Virus record (IMG/VR): IMGVR_UViG_3300044719_000048
Coordinates: 125,545 to 189,544 of that record
Length of the DNA: 64,000 nucleotides
From: a virus
Taxonomy: Duplodnaviria > Caudoviricetes
Direction: 5' to 3' (one strand)
In this document: one piece after another, positions 63,992 through 64,000 of the stretch
How the letters are laid out: each line of letters starts with the position of its first letter
Numbering within the stretch: position 1 is the first letter of the stretch
The notes under the pieces: generated by a model
What the model was told of the DNA's origin: nothing
The model's input: only the letters and a program-made list of their open reading frames with translations
The model's database searches: none
Made by a program: the position numbers and the translations under genes

Positions 63992-64000
63992 AAGGAGAAA

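Overview
The window reads as part of a large lytic dsDNA (jumbo-type) phage genome. It is densely packed with small genes, and coding switches from the - strand to the + strand at about 6.55 kb. No capsid, tail, integrase, CRISPR or rRNA genes were recognised. Recognisable genes include a two-subunit type IIA topoisomerase, a type IB topoisomerase, NAD-dependent DNA ligase, an Mre11/SbcD-like nuclease, an SF2-type helicase, DenV, two Nudix and three HAD enzymes, J-domain, 2OG-Fe(II), PC4-like, HNH, KGG and ClpS-like proteins, a probable divergent sigma factor, Lys-rich and Asp/Glu-rich proteins, and one tRNA(CAT), probably Ile2. The most striking signal is non-coding. An RNA hairpin with an invariant 9-nt loop (CUAUGAAAA) and covarying stems occurs 11 times, always on the coding strand and always at a translation start. 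In five cases a second hairpin is stacked on it. It is accompanied by a 17-bp palindromic operator (6 copies), extended -10 promoters, a phage-type AGTAAATA promoter-like motif (at least 14 copies) and a candidate replication origin. All protein calls come from motif recognition by eye, and no database search was run.
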